DNA of 64,000 nucleotides from Nemertoderma westbladi. Taxonomy: Eukaryota > Animalia > Xenacoelomorpha. A program made the position numbers and the translations under genes. Location of the stretch: NCBI GenBank assembly GCA_032718475.1, contig JAUCBJ010007824.1, forward strand, positions 49,316-113,315, given 5' to 3'. The notes under the pieces are model-generated. The model did no database searches. It saw only the letters and a program-made list of their open reading frames with translations, and had not been told where the DNA came from. Shown piece after piece: positions 12,880 to 24,900 of the stretch (position 1 is its first letter; the number at the start of each line of letters is the position of its first letter).

Positions 12880-13190
12880 AATTCTAGTCGATTAAGATAT
12901 CGCGGCACCCACCGATATACTTGAAAGACAAAATTCTAGAATCAGTGGTTAACGTCCCCAGACAAGTTCTGGAATAAACCGGTGCCCATCTTAAATATTA
13001 ACTATTAATATTTACAAAATCTGTCAAATTTTAGATCCTTTAAAATTCTAGTATATTAAGATATCGTAGCACTTACCGATATTCTTAAAAAGACCAATTT
13101 CCTAGAATCAAGGATCCTAGTCCCCAGACATGTTCTGGAATAAAATTGTGTCTATTTAATATTAAATAATAAAATTTACGGGAATAAATT
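12880..13190 (+). repeat. ~165-bp direct repeat between pol and ORF3 (also in copy B ~30380-30690)
   Basis: AATTCTAGT..ATTAAGATATCG...GTCCCCAGACA.GTTCTGGAATAAA occurs twice. Confidence 0.8.
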
Positions 13191-13963
13191 TAAATTCATC
13201 TTTTAATGAATTTGATAAATTGTAATTTTTATACAATTTATAACATTCCCAAAATTCCCTAAATTAATAGATCATGGGAGCGGAGATTCACCCTATTAAG
13301 TATGTTAGTGTGCGAGAATCTCCAATATATAGTCAATAGCCGATAAAATTCATAAAATCATGTATAAAGAGGAATATTGACAATTAAAGAATTACTATTA
13401 AATAGCATCCCAGATCTGTATGCATGAGAATTACCCTAATTCTACTGCTAGCTTTCCATAATGTCACCATGGCAACAACCACGCTAGAATTAGAAGTGAG
13501 TTAAAAGAACAATAAAGGCTTGCTCCATTGAATAGCATAAGGAATAAAATAGCACACTGCTAGTATCCAAGGATACATAATAATAACGTGGCATTCTGGA
13601 AGGCACTGACTAACGGACAAATGGCCTGAATGTGTGCGATTTGTGACAGTTGTGTGGAATTTGTGCGTTTATAGGTGAATGTTACTACTAAAGTGTGTTT
13701 ACAGTAGCGAGTCGCAATTGTGAAAGTAGCCCTAACTCTCCAGTAAGAACCTGAAGTAAATCTAAGCCTTTGGGACGTACGGTGGAGTGACTCGCGCTGG
13801 TTGTTGTGGTCGTTGTGCAGCTACGACGTTGGCGATAGGCACATCGGCGAAAGTACACCAGCGCTGAGGATCTTGCGCTGTCCGGGGGCCGAGAGGGGTA
13901 GGCAGCGACGCCCGCTAGCCTAATTATAACTAATTATAATATGGATAAACTCATATAGCAGCT

Positions 13964-14410
13964 ATGACTCAGTTGATAGAAGATGATCTTGGTATCAGGG
14001 AGCGATATACTCTACCTTTACAAGCGTTTGTTGATAACTTGATACGCAGCGACGCTAGTCCAACTACTCCGGAGGACGATGGTCGTTATATCGAACCGCC
14101 GATGTCCCAGGAGCAACTTACGCGTGAATTGGGCTATCGAAAATTCACTGCTCGCTATACGCATCGTAATGGTACGCATATGGACTTCTTAACTACTGGT
14201 CATCCTATCGATTTACACGATACGGACGATTTCGACACCGAAAGGGAAATGGTACTATTTAAATATCCTACCCAGCGGAGTCGGAATGATAAACTGAAAA
14301 TAGAATGCGAAAATTCTATTCGAAATCGACTCGAAAGAGAAGACGTTAAAGAACCGGATAAGCGCAGTACCTCCAACGTATATTTGGAATTCTTGAGAGA
14401 AACGTTGTAA
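13964..14410 (+). CDS. Third ORF of copy A (unknown protein, env position); coding-like sequence continues in shifted frames to ~15330
   Basis: ATG-initiated, 148 aa, 138/148 identical to 31465-31911. Composition contrasts with the AT-rich flanks. Confidence 0.55.
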   Translation: MTQLIEDDLGIRERYTLPLQAFVDNLIRSDASPTTPEDDGRYIEPPMSQEQLTRELGYRKFTARYTHRNGTHMDFLTTGHPIDLHDTDDFDTEREMVLFKYPTQRSRNDKLKIECENSIRNRLEREDVKEPDKRSTSNVYLEFLRETL

Positions 14411-15390
14411 AACCGAATAAATATCACCCGCGTTTCCCCTACAAGACGTGCGTCTTTGGTATTATTGCGATGAATGCCCAAGACCCAACCAACAAACGGA
14501 AAGACATAAATATCCGCGGAGATGTTGCTTTAAACACAGTTTTACTCGCTATATTTACGGGAGTTTCGAGCGAAACTTGTTCGATGTATCACCTACGCTC
14601 GCTCGATTCAAACGATCCTTAAATAAACCAATGATCAGAGTTCCGGAATACTCGGTAAGACCTCCTCATTCCCTAGTTAGACCTCAGACTCTTGATCCTA
14701 ATAGTATCACGGATCCCCCCGAACTGTACTCACTGTTCAAAGATCTAGTGTTACCTGAACAATTAGTCGGTGGCACTCCGGTTGTGAGATCCCTAGATAT
14801 TCGTCCATCTTACCTAGTCGGATTGGGACGCGGACATCTAATATCGCCATTCAACCGTATCATCGTCCCTGTTTAACCCGATACAACCTGTCACCGAGGC
14901 GGAGGAGAGAGTTGTACGAAACACGTTGGACACTATTCGTCAAAAGATCGGAAAATGAACCTACAATTGTTTAGAGAAATGTAAATTACAGCAGCAAGTC
15001 CAAGCAGTAAACGAATTAACTTTATCTCAGTTCGATCAGGAAATTCAGAATCTCTAAGAAGATATCGAACTTGGACAACCCTATTCTCAGCAAGAGTTTT
15101 GGACGAACGCATCCAACGATAAGCGGAGGAAAATCAGCTCGAGGAGAAGCATATCGAAATGGACGAGACATCGACCGTAACCCTAAACCTCCGATGCAAT
15201 TGTATTGCACCCTTCACCCAGGAGTTACAGCCCTCCTAGTAAAGTGGCTCTCCCCAAAGAGAAAAGGACTCTTGCTAGCCTCAAAAAACTGCGTAAACGC
15301 CGTCCGCGCAAGAAAAACTAACTGTTTAGAGTATTTTTATATTTTAGAAACTGTGATTTTTAAATTTTATAGAATTAAATCCCATTTTCT

Positions 15391-15398
15391 GGGAGCGG
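15391..15398 (+). other. Polypurine tract of copy A
   Basis: GGGAGCGG directly before the TGT start of the 3' LTR. Confidence 0.8.
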
Positions 15399-15803
15399 TG
15401 TAAAGGCTTTTGCGGATCTAGCTAGTTATTTTCCCCGCAAAGTACTCTGTAGGTGTTTTAGTGGATATAAAAAGCCATTTCTTCTGTATGTGTACTTTAG
15501 CGGACATAACTAGCTGTGTACTTTAGCGGACATAACTAGCGATCTTATGTCGCAATAAGCCAAAATCCTCTTGATACAGTGTAGTTACCATGACGACATC
15601 TAACAGCTGATATGTCCACGTGTAACATTTCTTTGTTCTTTGTTCTCTCTTTGTTCGGTCGACCAATCAGAGCGTTTTTTGACTCTGTGTTGGAGATTGT
15701 ATACAGAAACTCATGCCATTCAGTCAGTATGTGTATTTTTGTCCACAGCCATAAGACCGGCTTTGGAATTCTGTGTTTTCAGGCTTTAGCCAAACATTAG
15801 TAG
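15399..15803 (+). repeat. Truncated 3' LTR of copy A
   Basis: Near-identical to 3617-4021, then homology stops abruptly. Confidence 0.92.
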
Positions 15804-16199
15804 CGACGCCGGGTGGTTTATAGGAATATAATCAACACAGTACTAAATGCAGTCGATGCAGTAATGATATTCAAATAATTAATTTAATATACCGGTACCC
15901 TCTGCCCTCTGTTAATGCCTCAGTGTAAAAACTTAAATAATTCAAATACACAGAAGTTCCATCAAAAAATAATAAGCCTAATATTTCGAGGAATAATTCA
16001 ATTCAAATTCAATATATTTAATCAATCAAGTTGATATAAGATATATCTTATAGTGTCAGTGAACAATAGGAACATAGGAAATTACCTTTAAAAGTTTAAA
16101 ATAACGATTACAAATCGGCCGGCGCACTAATAAATGTTCATCTTTGCTTAAATTATAGTTAGGTAATAAAAACTAAAAATAGGTTCAAACCAATTGAGG

Positions 16200-17625
16200 T
16201 TAGATAACCGCTCTTAACGTGTTAACCCGTTCCGTCACTGGAGTCGATTCCAAAATATTCCAAGATCTTCTCGTGCTTCCGACCAAATGATAATCCTGAC
16301 AGTTCGAATGTGGCTTTAATAAAATCTGTGTTATTCATATCATTTGTCGATGCTGGTCCATTAGTTATACTTTCTAGAATTTTATTTTTCGAATATTCGT
16401 AATAAACCATGGATTTTTAAAGTGGGGCACGGGAATTCTCTGAGACATTTCCAAAAAATAGTACCTAAGCCCTTATAATGGCGGGTTACATCGTTCAGCA
16501 GCAGATTGCTGTTGAGAGCTTTTTGTATCGTTTGATTAGGACATTTATTAGCACGAATTAGTAGACGCGCTGCTGATCGGAAAGCTTCCACATCTAAGTC
16601 TTTCGTGTCAAATAAGGAAAGAATGGTAGAGTTACTGGCATAAATTCCGAGAAATAGTAAAGGGCGCAATGTTTTCCGGTACTTGGCGTTTATAAAATTC
16701 CTTTGACTTTCTGTTAACGCTCCAAGGTTGAATGCAAAGTTGTAGAGGATTGCAGGTCCGCCCTTGAAGATAAGACTTCCAAAGTGTTGCAATGCCGTCT
16801 GTTTTCCGCAGCTTTGCATTCCACCCAGCCCTATGGAATGTCTCGGATAGTATTACTATCGACTTTAAACGGTCATTATATATGTCATGAATTCTAGAAT
16901 ATAGCTTGTATCCTAAAAACTTGATTGTCGGGGAGGCTGGAATTAATGTCTCTGGAAGTAATTGTCTCTTTGTCATCTTTAGCTGCAGTCATCCACTTTG
17001 TTTTGTCTATTTCTATTCGCAATCCCAGCTTCTGTAATTCAGAGTTAATTTCAGTCGCCATTAATTCAACTTCAGCAGGATTGTTACATAATAACAGTAT
17101 ATCATCAGCATATATATTGCAACCAATCCAGGTGTTGTTGCTATGGCAACCACGTCCCTTACCTTACAGATGATTGCACATATCCGTCAGGTAGAAGTTG
17201 AAGAGGTGGGGTGAAATCAGTGACCCTTGTTTTACACCACGTTTGATATAAAACCCGTTGACATATATTTCGCTGCCAAGCCTAAAGAAGATCCTGCTAA
17301 TAGAATAATAGTCAATCAACAAGCGGCATATATGTGGGTTCATTCGGTTAGAGAGTTTATAAAATAGCTTTAAATGGTCGATATTATCAAACGCACCTTG
17401 TATATCCATCTGACAGATAAACATTCTTTCTCCACGCTGTGGTTGATACTCGATTAATTCCAGTACTGTTGCTACCACTAAGTCGGCACCGATACTTTGT
17501 TTGTATGCCACCTGTGCGTCACTATTATCTAAAACTAAGCAATCCAAGTAGTTCCTCAATATAAGTGACTCGAAAATTTTCGCGAAAACACTGATCGAGC
17601 AAATCTGACAGTAGGAACCACCCAT
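16200..17625 (-). mobile_element. 5'-truncated non-LTR retrotransposon (LINE) RT fragment, frameshifted
   Basis: DIQGAFDNIDH, GVKQGSLISPHLFN, YADDIL (~17095-17115) and IKFLGY motifs on the minus strand. Confidence 0.9.
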
Positions 17626-17699
17626 ATTAATATAATAAATTATTAATTTATTAATAAATGAATAAACTATTTTGGATATTTATAGGATACTTCAAAAAA

Positions 17700-18056
17700 A
17701 AATTTTCTAGAACAATAAATGTGTTCTAGAACAAAAATCTTTATCAAAATTGATAGCTAACACGTCGTGTTCTATAACATTTATAAAGAAAAGTTGAAAA
17801 AACTAGCTAGTATAAAAAATATTAAATGTGTTCTAGAACAAAAAATGTGTTCTAGAACAAAAATATTTATCAAAATTGATAGCTGACACGTACATTTACA
17901 AAGAAAAGTTGAAAAAACTAGCTATTATAAAAAATATTAAATGTGTTCTAGAACAAAAAAGTTTGTTCTAGAACAAAAATATTTATCAAAATTGATAGCT
18001 AGTACATCTTCTATAACATTTATAAAAAAAAATAGAAAAAACTAGTTAGTATAATA
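17700..18056. repeat. AT-rich tandem repeat (~120-bp unit, 3 copies)
   Basis: TGTGTTCTAGAACAAAAA..TTTATCAAAATTGATAGCT..GAAAAAACTAG repeated. Confidence 0.85.
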
Positions 18057-18060
18057 AATC

Positions 18061-18443
18061 GGGCCAATGGGTACCCAAGGTGTACCTGTGGTCAGGAATT
18101 ATAAGTCATTGATCAAGAAAACCTCCACCTCCATGCAGCATAAAGGAGTTCCCACCTATGGCATAGACCCCATAGACCTATAACTAGGACCCCCTTCGTT
18201 CTGGGATAAGGACGCCCTTGGTCCTGGATTAAAGACCCATATACTTGGCTGCAGGGGTATATGGCCTGGCCAGGCAGATGGTGGTGATCTACCAATGGGG
18301 CTGCAGGGGTATATGGCCTGGCCAGGCAGATGGTGGTGATCTACCAATGGCTGGTCAGGAGTAGAGTGTTCTCATGTCCACTCTGAGTGCACTTCACTGC
18401 GACCTGTCCCTGGCTAGGGCATGGCCCAGCAGATGAGCTGCAC
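18061..18443 (+). mobile_element. 5' leader of a probable RTE-like LINE, left part (split by copy B); includes a 51-bp direct repeat at 18248-18350
   Basis: GC-rich segment contiguous across the TGCAC TSD with 34072-34660, which runs into an AP-endonuclease-like start. Confidence 0.5.
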
Positions 18444-19618
18444 TGTAAAGGCTTTTGCGGAATTAGCTGGTTATTTTCCCCGCAAAGTACTCTGTAGTTG
18501 GTTTAACGGACATAAGGGGCCGTTTCCTTATTGTACCGGTGTTTTAGTGGACATAAAAAGCCATTTCTTCTGTATGTGTACTTTAGCGGACATAACTAGC
18601 GATTTTATGTCGCAATAAGCCAAATACTCTAAACATCGGAACTCAGATGACGACATCTATCAGCTGTGTCCACGTGTAACTTTTTCTTTGTTCTTTGTTC
18701 GTTCTTTGTTCGGTCGACCAATCAGAGCGGTTTTCACTCTGTGTTGGACATTGTATACAGAAACTCACGCAATTCAGTCAGTGTGTGTATTTTTCCTGAT
18801 GCCAGAAGACCGGCCTTGGAATTTTGTGTTTCAGGCTTTAGCCAAACATTAGTAGGCTTGATCATAGAAACGTATAACTGTTATCTAATCAAAACAAACC
18901 AAAACATATTGTTACAAATCATATTGTCACCTACAAACACCGCATTTTTACTGCTATTTACTGTCGGTTATTAATTATATCAGTTGATGGAATATTATTA
19001 TATTTGGATAATATCGATAAATAATTATAAAACCCCAATCTTCTTGATATACTGAAGGTAAGAGACAGGTTACATATAGCAATTGCGACTTACATTAAAG
19101 TGGTTTTGGAGTGAATCTAATGCTATTTCATAGGCACTACATGTGTCGGTTGCTGTTCTCTTTATATGTGACTAAAATTAGTGAAGGTCGGCAGATCGGT
19201 GTGCAGCATTGTGCGGTAGTGTGCATGATTGTGACTGATAACAAAGCATCTCCTAAAGAATGCGCTTTATACGTGAATCAATAGCCATCCCGTTGTGTTT
19301 AGTGTAAGTCATAACTCTGTTTACATACTTAGAGCGCCATGTCCTAAAGGAACTGTTAATATTTCCCGAAAGTGAATAATATTTGTCAGAGATTATATAT
19401 TAACGATCAGTCGAATAATACAGTAGGCCTACATCGCAATAAGGTCAGAGCTTCCGAATCCAGTCTCCCGGGTATATCCAGCGGGTGAATGGTCGCGCAT
19501 AGACTGGCTTCGGATAATGTAGTGTATCAAATACTCGTCATAGGCTAAAGTCGATTTATAATCTAGAAGACACCTAAATTTGGCAGGTTAAACTGCTAAA
19601 GGTCTGAAAGCGCGAACA
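18444..19618 (+). repeat. 5' LTR of copy B
   Basis: TGTAAAGG...GCGCGAACA, preceded by the TSD. Confidence 0.96.
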
Positions 19619-21428
19619 ATAACAGTTATTGCTTCTGTATTGCAACGTAGGCAATAAAGCTGAAGTACCGGTCAACCGGTAACCAGTAGGCCTGACTGCC
19701 TAACTACCCGAACCGGTACTTACAGCAGTACAGGTACAGCAGTATTATTCGATTTTGATAATTATATACCGGTAGGTCTTAATACTTAATCGGGGACACC
19801 TGGTTTTTATTGGGATTTTACTTAGACCTATTTCTGTCAGTTTTATTTATTTGAAAGTTAATATTGAACAGAAGGAGTGTAAGCCTGCTCAGATTGTACA
19901 GATAATTTGTAGGCTAGACTGTTGTCTGACTGTTGTTAAGTCTGAAGAGATTGTAGTGTGTGTAGAGTGTATGTCCGATAAAGTACTAGTTAGGAACGTA
20001 GGGGCTTCCAGTTCTGTGAGGTAAATCCCCCCGAAAGATTAAGTCGTACTACTCGGTTAGAACGCATACTAACTAACCATTTCGGAGTCTGCATATACTG
20101 TAGTTTGTTTAGGCTTGATAGTATTCTGCCAGCGTTTGGTCTGTATTTTGTTTGTGTAGTCTGTACGGGTAGCGTAATATTTCTTATTTAAATAATTTGT
20201 AGGCTTGATTGTTGCCTGGCTGTTGTTAGGTCTGAAGAGATTGCGGTGTGTGTAGAGTGTATGTCCGATAAAGTACTAGTTAGGAACGTAGGGGCTTCCA
20301 GTGCTGTGAGGTAAATCCCCCCGAAAGAATAAGTCGTACTACTCGGTTAGAACGCATACTAACTAACCATTTCGGAGTCTGCATATACTGTAGTTTGTTT
20401 AGGCTTGATAGTAGTCTGCCAGCGTTTGGTCTATATTTTGTTTGTGTAGTCTGTACGTGTAGCGTAATATTTATTATTCAGAGTTTATGCGATTATTCGC
20501 AACATTCACAACCCCAAGTTTATTCCTACAGTAATTGTGCTTGTTATACATACCGTTATAGTTAAATTAACCCCGGTACTACATCAGGGCTGCTTGGCGT
20601 AGGTAAAGACTGGTGATTTTGTGCCCCGGTCACTCCAGCAGATACCGTGGTTCCTTTAGCTGTACAAGTATTTCTAACTACTGATTATTTGTTGTATAAG
20701 TACTTATACCTAATTTAGGGTTTAGTGTACATTGCTTTCCGAAGGTAATTAGTGTGTAGGCAGTATATTTGTGTTGTAAAGTGGTTAATAGGCACGTTGG
20801 CTCTGGTAGGCCGCGGTAATTAACTTCTAGGTAGGAACACTCCGTGATACATAACGTAGTACTTATAGCGATACGGCTATAAGTCGTCAGACGGTGGTAT
20901 TTTTCCTATCTGGACAACGCAGTATATTTACTACTGCTTTGTTATTTTCAAATACCGTAGTATCCTGTCTGTTTGTAATAACCAGATATTCTAACCCTTT
21001 GTTAGGCTGGTTTGTAGACTTCTTGTAAAATTACCCTAAAAATTCGTACGTGTAATTTTTTGTGTTTATTTAGAGATTGTAATCTCACCCCGAATTGTAC
21101 GTAATTTGTAGTATTAAGTAACTTAGGTAAATTAGAATTATTTGTTTTAGTGTCCAACAAGTAGCACTTCACTGAGAGCGTACAGCTTCTGTGCGGTGAC
21201 TCTTTCCCAGAAATAATAACATTTATTTCAAATATTGACAAAGCCCATTATACGGGTATATATATATTATAAATCAACTCAAACCGATTTATAAAATAGT
21301 AGGCCTGTCTTACAACAATTAGGTCTTAATGTCAGTTGGACTACTGCTTAAATAACGGTAATAAGGTAAAGTAAAGTAACCAAGTAACCCCTAAAATTCA
21401 GAAATTCAATTATTCTAAAATAATTGAC

Positions 21429-21810
21429 ATACCGGTATTTACAATAGGCATATTATATTATATATTTATATATTTGCGCTGAAATTATATACCGGTATTC
21501 TGTAATTAATTCTAGTCTGTAATTATACTTATATATATACTATAAGTGTAAGCTGTATACCGGTATTCACGATAGGCCTATTATATATTTATATATTTGT
21601 GCTGAAATTATATACCGGTATTCTGTGACAAACCTAGTCTGTAATAATTATACTTATATATTCTATAAGTGTAAGCTATATACCGGTATTCACGATAGGC
21701 CTATTATATATTTATATATATTTGTGCTGAAATTATATACCGGTATTCTGTGACAAACCTGGTCTGTAATAATACTTATATATATACTATAAGTGTATAC
21801 CGGTATTCTA
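21429..21810 (+). repeat. TACCGGTATT-core tandem units upstream of gag (copy B, 3 units)
   Basis: Same unit as 6650-6910 with one extra copy. Confidence 0.85.
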
Positions 21811-21942
21811 ATATATTGTATATATATCACGTTACATAGAGTAACGATATCGGTAATTAATTACTAGGCTAACGGTGATACTGAATTACTAGACTTGCTT
21901 TAACTGTAATATAGCAGTAGGCATTCAACTGTATAAACAAAC

Positions 21943-24900
21943 ATGTCTGACACAAAGCAAAACCTGTCAGACAGTCTCCTAGATACAACCATCTGTGACC
22001 CAGATAGGAGTGTGGAACGTGTGAGACCGAAATTCAACTCATCTCCTACTGTAAGAAAGATCATCCCTCCAGTAGTAGTATCAGACCCTAGGCTTGTCCA
22101 ACACCGTAGGTCTATCATAGGCACTCGAGCTCAGGTCAAGCGGGACCAAGAAGCAGCAGAACAGCAGCAACACTCGAGCCGAGAACTTATTTCCCAGCGG
22201 CCCGACAGCTCCAGTAGTGCGGATACTGTAGAGCTGACACCCAAGCGCGGAGCAAAGATGGCAGATGCGGTTTATTCGGATCCCCTTCTCATCCTTCCTG
22301 CAGCCGTACTCACTAGGGTATTGATTGCGGTGGAGGAACACCAGATTGATTGGGTGAGAAGTAAGCGATCGACCAAGGATAGTTATGCGGGATACACAAG
22401 GGAAGAACTGAAGTCTATTGTCGAGTCGCAATGGAACTTCCCCGGACCCGGACTCCCGTTTGACTTATCGGAAGCTGCCTGGGAAGACATACACAGGATG
22501 GGAGTGACAAAAGACACCAGTGATCCAGCTGTATGGAAGAGGTCGGCAGCAGGATATGTACAGGGATTCTTCAGCTCTTTGGAGCGATTAGAGGAACAAC
22601 TGTTTCGACAACCCCAAGGACCTCAAGAGCAGGGAGAGCTGCTTTATCAAGTTAGAGAAAGAATTCTAAGAATCAGACTAATCCTATCGGCCTTTGAGGA
22701 AGCTTCAAAAAGAAGACAAGACACGTCGTTGCAAGTTGCTGTAAAGACTTGGTTCCAGCGGGTGAGTCTCAAGGTTCAAGGAACGGCCCAGTGGAAATCT
22801 CAGCTGGCTGAGTGCTCAACCCATGGAGAATCAACAGAAGCTACCTTTTCTCAAGTGGAAAGCGAAGCGACAGCAGAGAAACCCCATAAGAGGGATGCTA
22901 TTGACATCTATCTGTCAGACTATCAACGCTTTTTAGGTGATGAAGGGTTGAGGAAAAGGCTGGATGGACTTCGCCCTAATAGTGAAGGAGCCAAGCTTGT
23001 GTTAGACGCAATAGATGTGGAAATGTTAGCTGCGAACCAAGCTAAATTTGATGAAAGCATCCACATTGCTAAGGTTCAAGAAGAACAAGTAAAGAAAAAA
23101 CGTATAGAAGACAGAAAGACAGCAGCAGCGGCGGCGGCAGAGGCAGAAGCGGAAAGAAAGGCAGCAGAAGTGGAAAAGAAAGCGGCAATGGCAGCGGCAG
23201 AAGCGGAAAGAAAAACGGCCGAAGTGGAAAGAAAAGCGGCAGTGGCAGTGGCTGAAGCGGAAAGAAAAACGGCCGAAGTGGAAAGAAAAGCGGCAGTGGC
23301 AGCGGCAGAAGCAGAAAGAAAAGCGGCAGTGGCAGAAACAGAACGGAGGGCATCTGAAGAGACAACCCAACTAGAGTTGGAAAATCTTCAAGAGAGGCAA
23401 GACAACTTCAATAAACAGTTAACAGCTAGTCAAATGCAGATGATGAGTCGATCTACTCCCAAACGACAGGGATTTACATCCTCTGATGAAGGCGATACCA
23501 CCGATCCTGAAGGCGGAGGAAATAGATCTCGTCTAAGTAGGCGTAGAATAGAAGAATGTCCCACTGTCAGAAATTGCCTGATTTGCCCCCAGCTGTTAGA
23601 AGGCAACTAGCTAGCACAGACTTAGGTAGTACAGAACCCACAGACCAAATAATTAAAATAGAAAGACTCCCTACTATAGTAGATGAGCCTGAAATAATTA
23701 GGCCTGTTCTCGAAGCCACCCCTTCGGTGATAGAGACACCTGTACTCCCAGAACCTACCTCTAAATTCCCTTTGCACAGCACTAAACTACCTGTGCCCCA
23801 CAAAACAACCCCTGAGACAGTTCCTGTCCTGGACTCCGAGCGAAATATCAATGATTTGTCGCCCGTTGTCCCTCGTCTACCCGCTACTATGTGGGCGGCT
23901 CCCGCTTCGGCGTTCGAGTGGGTGGATGAGGGGCGGCGGGGGATGAATCTCCTGCTCGGGCAGATGCAGGAGACTGTTCATCAGTTTAAAGGAACAGTAA
24001 GGGAAAGTAGGTTAGAGTTGCAAGAAGTGCAGCAGAATATCGCGTTAGAACGCGATAAATTAGTAAATATACAAAAGGGTATACCACCAACCCCGGTAAC
24101 AATGTGTCAACCTGTTAGGTCTGAAGTATTTCATGCGCATGGTGTGGAGCCTACACGCATCTATACTGCTAGTGAAGTAGAAACTCCTATAGTAAACCCT
24201 ATTAAGGGTAATTATAAACCTGTTGACAATGATATTCCATATAGACCTGATCATAATCCAAGAAATTTATATACCGATAACTCGATATTAAATAATACGA
24301 TAGCCCAAGAAAGTTTTACGCGTCAAATGGCTAGAACCGAAGCCCGTCAAGCGGTAAAGGTGGGAGAGATCGTCAAGTTTAATGGAGATGAGATGAAATG
24401 GTTACCTTTTAATGAATATTATAAGGATAACATACAGAACTCTGTGTTATCTAACGGAGAGAAACTTAGATTCCTCATCGAGTGCTTGGAAGGATCTCCC
24501 AAGTTAATGGCGTTAAAGTTTATTGGACATCCAGATGGACTAAGACAAGTTTGGGATACCCTAAACATCAGGTATGGTAATAGAAATAACATAGCTAGGT
24601 ATTTGTATGCAAAATTGGTAGCCCCCCGAAAGTTCATTAGCAGCGGGATTATAGAGTTTTCCGATGAGATTCAGGAGATCTGTAGACAATTAGATTGGCT
24701 AGGTAAGTCTCATGAATATCAGAGTTCTATGGTTATTGGAGCCATGGCCTCTACTTTACCGAAGGGTGGAGTAGGTACACGCTGGGATAAGAAAGTGTTA
24801 TATATGATGGAACAACAACGACGAGACCCTACCATGGCTGATCTCATGTCATTCTTAGATGGAGAAGTGAAATTACAGTTCCTAAAGCAGTCCAGAGAGA

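Larger units (their letters stand above)
3617..15803 (+). mobile_element. Bel/Pao LTR retrotransposon, copy A (internally deleted, 3' LTR truncated)
   Basis: LTR starting TGTAAAGG at 3617 recurs at 15399 after PPT GGGAGCGG. Gag and protease (LLDSGS) present. Colinear with and highly similar to copy B. Confidence 0.95.

Noticed and set aside
13964-15340. env gene
   Set aside because: No signal peptide, transmembrane helix or Cys-rich ectodomain pattern is visible.
23540-23610. Separate ORF1/ORF2 in gag of copy B
   Set aside because: Caused by a 4-bp duplication absent from copy A.
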